From Leptogorgia sarmentosa (Eukaryota), in assembly GCA_964658305.1 (NCBI GenBank), contig OZ210885.1:4464001-4528000 (forward strand): DNA of 64,000 nucleotides, read 5' to 3'. The notes under the pieces are model-generated. The model was given only the letters and a program-made list of their open reading frames with translations. It was not told the DNA's origin and searched no databases. Below are positions 60,910-64,000 of this stretch, one piece after another. The translations under genes were made by a program, and so were the position numbers. Every line of letters begins with the position of its first letter. Position 1 is the stretch's first letter.

Positions 60910-63900
60910 CTAACAAACAACGTTAGTCCCATGTTTTGTATGATGCGGTTTACTTTCGTTATTTCGACGGACCCGGAAATTTGATTCAATCAACCTTGGT
61001 AACTGTTCTTCATCGGTATCAGGGCTCAATACTACTCTATTCTCATGTTCAGAATTTACTAGTACAGGAAGACGATCCTCTCTTATGTCAATTCTATTTC
61101 TAGACGCACCAGTTCTTCTAACGGGTGATTTTCGCTTTCGTTTTTTGCGTGGAGCTTCAATTGGTAGCACTGGTTTCCCCTTCAATGTGCGAAACTGCAC
61201 AATCAAGCCAAGTATGGTTATGGAGCCCCAGACACCGGAAAGTATGTAATCTATAAGAAGGCGATCATATATATTAATGACATTATTCGGAAGTGTGCCA
61301 GAAGTTGTAAACAATTTTATAAAATGACCGGAAGTAAGTGAAAAAGACTGCGCGCGCGTGATTGGCTAACCAGCCGTGTTGATGTGAGATATGTAATCAC
61401 AGCTATTTCCCGCTGCTTCTCGCTATTCCGTTATTCCGCTTTTGTCATCGTGTTGTTTTATAAAAGCAATAGAAAACATTTTCCTATGTTTACATTGAGT
61501 TGTGTAAACACTCGTGCTAGTTTGGGAGAACTCGAAAGGTGTGGAAACACTCCCCCTTCGGGCTTGTGTTTCCACACGTTTCTCGTTCTCCCAAACTTGC
61601 ACTCGTATTTACATAACTCGATGTAAACATGGAAAATGTTTTCTATTCCTTAAATTGAATTCGGTTCTCGTAGGACATGACGAATTGTCAAGACAGAGGC
61701 TTGTGTCATCTACAGAAGGCCGAGGCAGATAAGACAAATCACGGCCTAGGTAGGTCTTCATATCCTACGAGGACGGAATTCAATAGTTGTATTATTTAAA
61801 AAATTGGTTGCGAAATGTATTGTAAAATGACGAAAATGAAGCCTTGCTGAATTTGGTATATTTTTGTATTACGTGCAGAACTTTTGAATATTTTTGGCTT
61901 AATTAAATGTAATTAAATTTTTAGCGTGAAATATAAAAATATACAGAAAATTTGCAAATTTCAGCTGGCTATATTTTCCGCATTTTACAACATTTCGCAG
62001 CCAAACTTTGCAATTGTACTAATTTTAAATTGCTCTTTTTAGGCTGTCGTGATTGATTCGTTCTTGCCTGGATTGAAACTCGGTCTATGGCTGAAATTGT
62101 CTATTGTTATGGTCAACGTTTCCTCTCCGATACCATGTTGGTTTCAGTTTTAGTGGTATGACATTTTCTGTCTTGTAATATTTTACTGAGGGAGACTAAC
62201 GACAGACAAACAAACAACAAATTTTCTGTTAAATGTCAATTTTTGTTGGGATACTTTTGGGCTAAGTCCAGAGTTCATAAGAAAACAAAATGGTGGTTTC
62301 CGCGAGCTTTCTGGAAGGTTGCACGACTTTACAGGAAGGAATTGGTCTGTTTCATCATACTGAATTGAGTGAGGGTTGACTTGAAATGTCTCAACATTTG
62401 TTACTTGGAAACTGATTCGAAATAAACCTTTAAAATGCTTGCGCACGCCAGTGTCAAAACAACGAATCGCAATGCAATGTGGGAAACATGTGGGAATAAA
62501 TTTACTTGTGTATACGTATTTATTATTTGAAGTTTGTACAATCACTTTCAAAAGTAGTTGGGACACCAATGGTCTTAGGACATCAGTGGCATCGTGCTAA
62601 TAATTACAAACAAAACACTCCTCGGCCCTCCCCTCCCACCACCCCATTCATTGTTGTTTTTCCAAACATACATTATTGTACGCAAAAACCAATTGCTAAC
62701 TACAACACAACATTGAATTGGGGGCAAGGGGATTGATGTTTCAGGAAATGATGGCTATTTGGGGCATCTGTCCCAACACATTTGAAAGTGATTGTAGTTT
62801 ACACCGCGTAATTTTATTATCGCAATAAAATAATTGCGATAATAAAATTAGGTGGTGTAAACTACTTTTCCTGATGGAAAATCCACGTGACGTAAGACGT
62901 AAGATATATACTACCGCAAAATAACATTTCTTTACTGAAACCTCGGGAAATAGTGAGTTTTGTTTCCACAAGACTCACTGTTTCCCTCTGTATTAGTAAA
63001 TAAATGATATATATTAAATATTTAAAACTATATCGAGCTACGTCAAATTTAGTTACTCTTACCTTTTGTTTGGAATGGTATATCGTACTTGACAAAATCA
63101 TCCACTGTGGCTTTCATAACAATATTGAGTATGATGTACGTCATGGATGACTTCAGGAATGTATCAATACCTATACATAAAGCAAAGCACGTCAAATTAA
63201 ATTCAGCACAATTCTATAGAGAAGAAAATCGTCTGCATATGGAACGAAATTGAGCTACAAACAGCCCAAAATCCCATCGATACAGTATGTGGTATTTGTG
63301 CTGGTATATGAAAGACGCACGCTTTATGAGCGGTGTGATTTTACGAGATTGCAATTTTATCAATAATTGCCAAAGGGTAAGTTTAACCTTAATCAGTTAG
63401 TATTACACAACACATTAAGTACACTCTACCTACTACAAATCCATAAGCTCCAACGAAAGAACTTGCCAATATGGCAAACTAAAAAAGAAAGTAAAAACCA
63501 ATGGTGAAAACCCTATTCTATAAAAACTCCAGCCTTACGCAATGCGGCCATGCCTTAAAATTTGTCATTTTGCGTGGTAGGCCTAATATTATTGTTTTTG
63601 ACCATTATCTTTTGTCAAAAGAATTTTACCAGTAACTTATTTCGCAAGTCGAACTGCGAAATTTTCATGGCGTATTTTCTAAACCAATTTTTCAAACGTT
63701 TGGTGGGCGACACTTGAACACTTCCCATGCACATATTTAAGCTAGTGATTTTACCAGCCAAAATGGCGGATTTGAGGCCTGGTCGCAAACTGAGAAAAGT
63801 TAATTAGCAGAAGCGAATTACTAGCCTTGCTATATCATGTCTTACCACTTTTAGACAGATGAGAAAAATGCATGGAAGCGTAACTGACATACACAAGAAA

Positions 63901-63943
63901 ACAGTCCAGTAGTTAATGTCATTCTTCCAGTAATGTAAGTTTC
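60910..63943 (-). CDS. TM7SF3: Transmembrane 7 superfamily member 3-like, last four coding exons (63846-63943, 63430-63478, 63063-63170, 60910-61250)
   Basis: Phase-compatible GT-AG splicing gives GNLHYWKNDINYWTVFLC..FAILASSFVGAYGFVVGIDTFLKSSMTYIILNIV..IPFQTKDYILSGVWGSITILGLIVQFR..GKPVLP, matching the TM7SF3 C-terminus as I recall it; the 5' part lies beyond the window. Confidence 0.8.
61468..61647. repeat. Palindromic MITE-like repeat in the TM7SF3 last intron
   Basis: AATAGAAAACATTTTCC..TTTGGGAGAAC pairs with GTTCTCCCAAA..GGAAAATGTTTTCTATT. Confidence 0.75.
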
Positions 63944-64000
63944 CTAACAGAAAATATAAACAAACGAGCGATTAGAAGACATTTTAAGGAAAATACGTTT

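Noticed and set aside
62183..62569. 128-aa ORF as a TM7SF3 exon or separate gene
   Set aside because: The exons at 63063-63170 and 60910-61250 already join in phase with continuous similarity, and this ORF has no recognisable motif.

Overview
AT-rich metazoan genomic DNA with spliceosomal introns. The repeat families look cnidarian-like, which is my inference. The window is mostly nested, decayed mobile elements: BEL/Pao LTR retrotransposons, three larger CR1/L2-type LINEs, many MITEs, a tRNA-derived SINE and the left part of a Maverick/Polinton. It ends with the last four coding exons of a TM7SF3-like host gene (60910-63943, minus strand). The main find is a 13.8-kb insertion (26596-40392) that splits a BEL pol frame. 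It is a head-to-tail dimer of an element I cannot assign to a known family. Each unit carries a C2H2-finger/tyrosine-recombinase/Myb gene (+) converging on an intron-containing superfamily-3 helicase gene (-), with a TTAGGG-containing palindrome array between them. Each unit also has a GGAAC pentamer cluster at its left end. A TCT core occurs at all three junctions and a 14-bp inverted repeat marks the outer ends. The two recombinase halves are nearly identical while the two helicase halves are strongly diverged. All calls are by eye, with no database searches.
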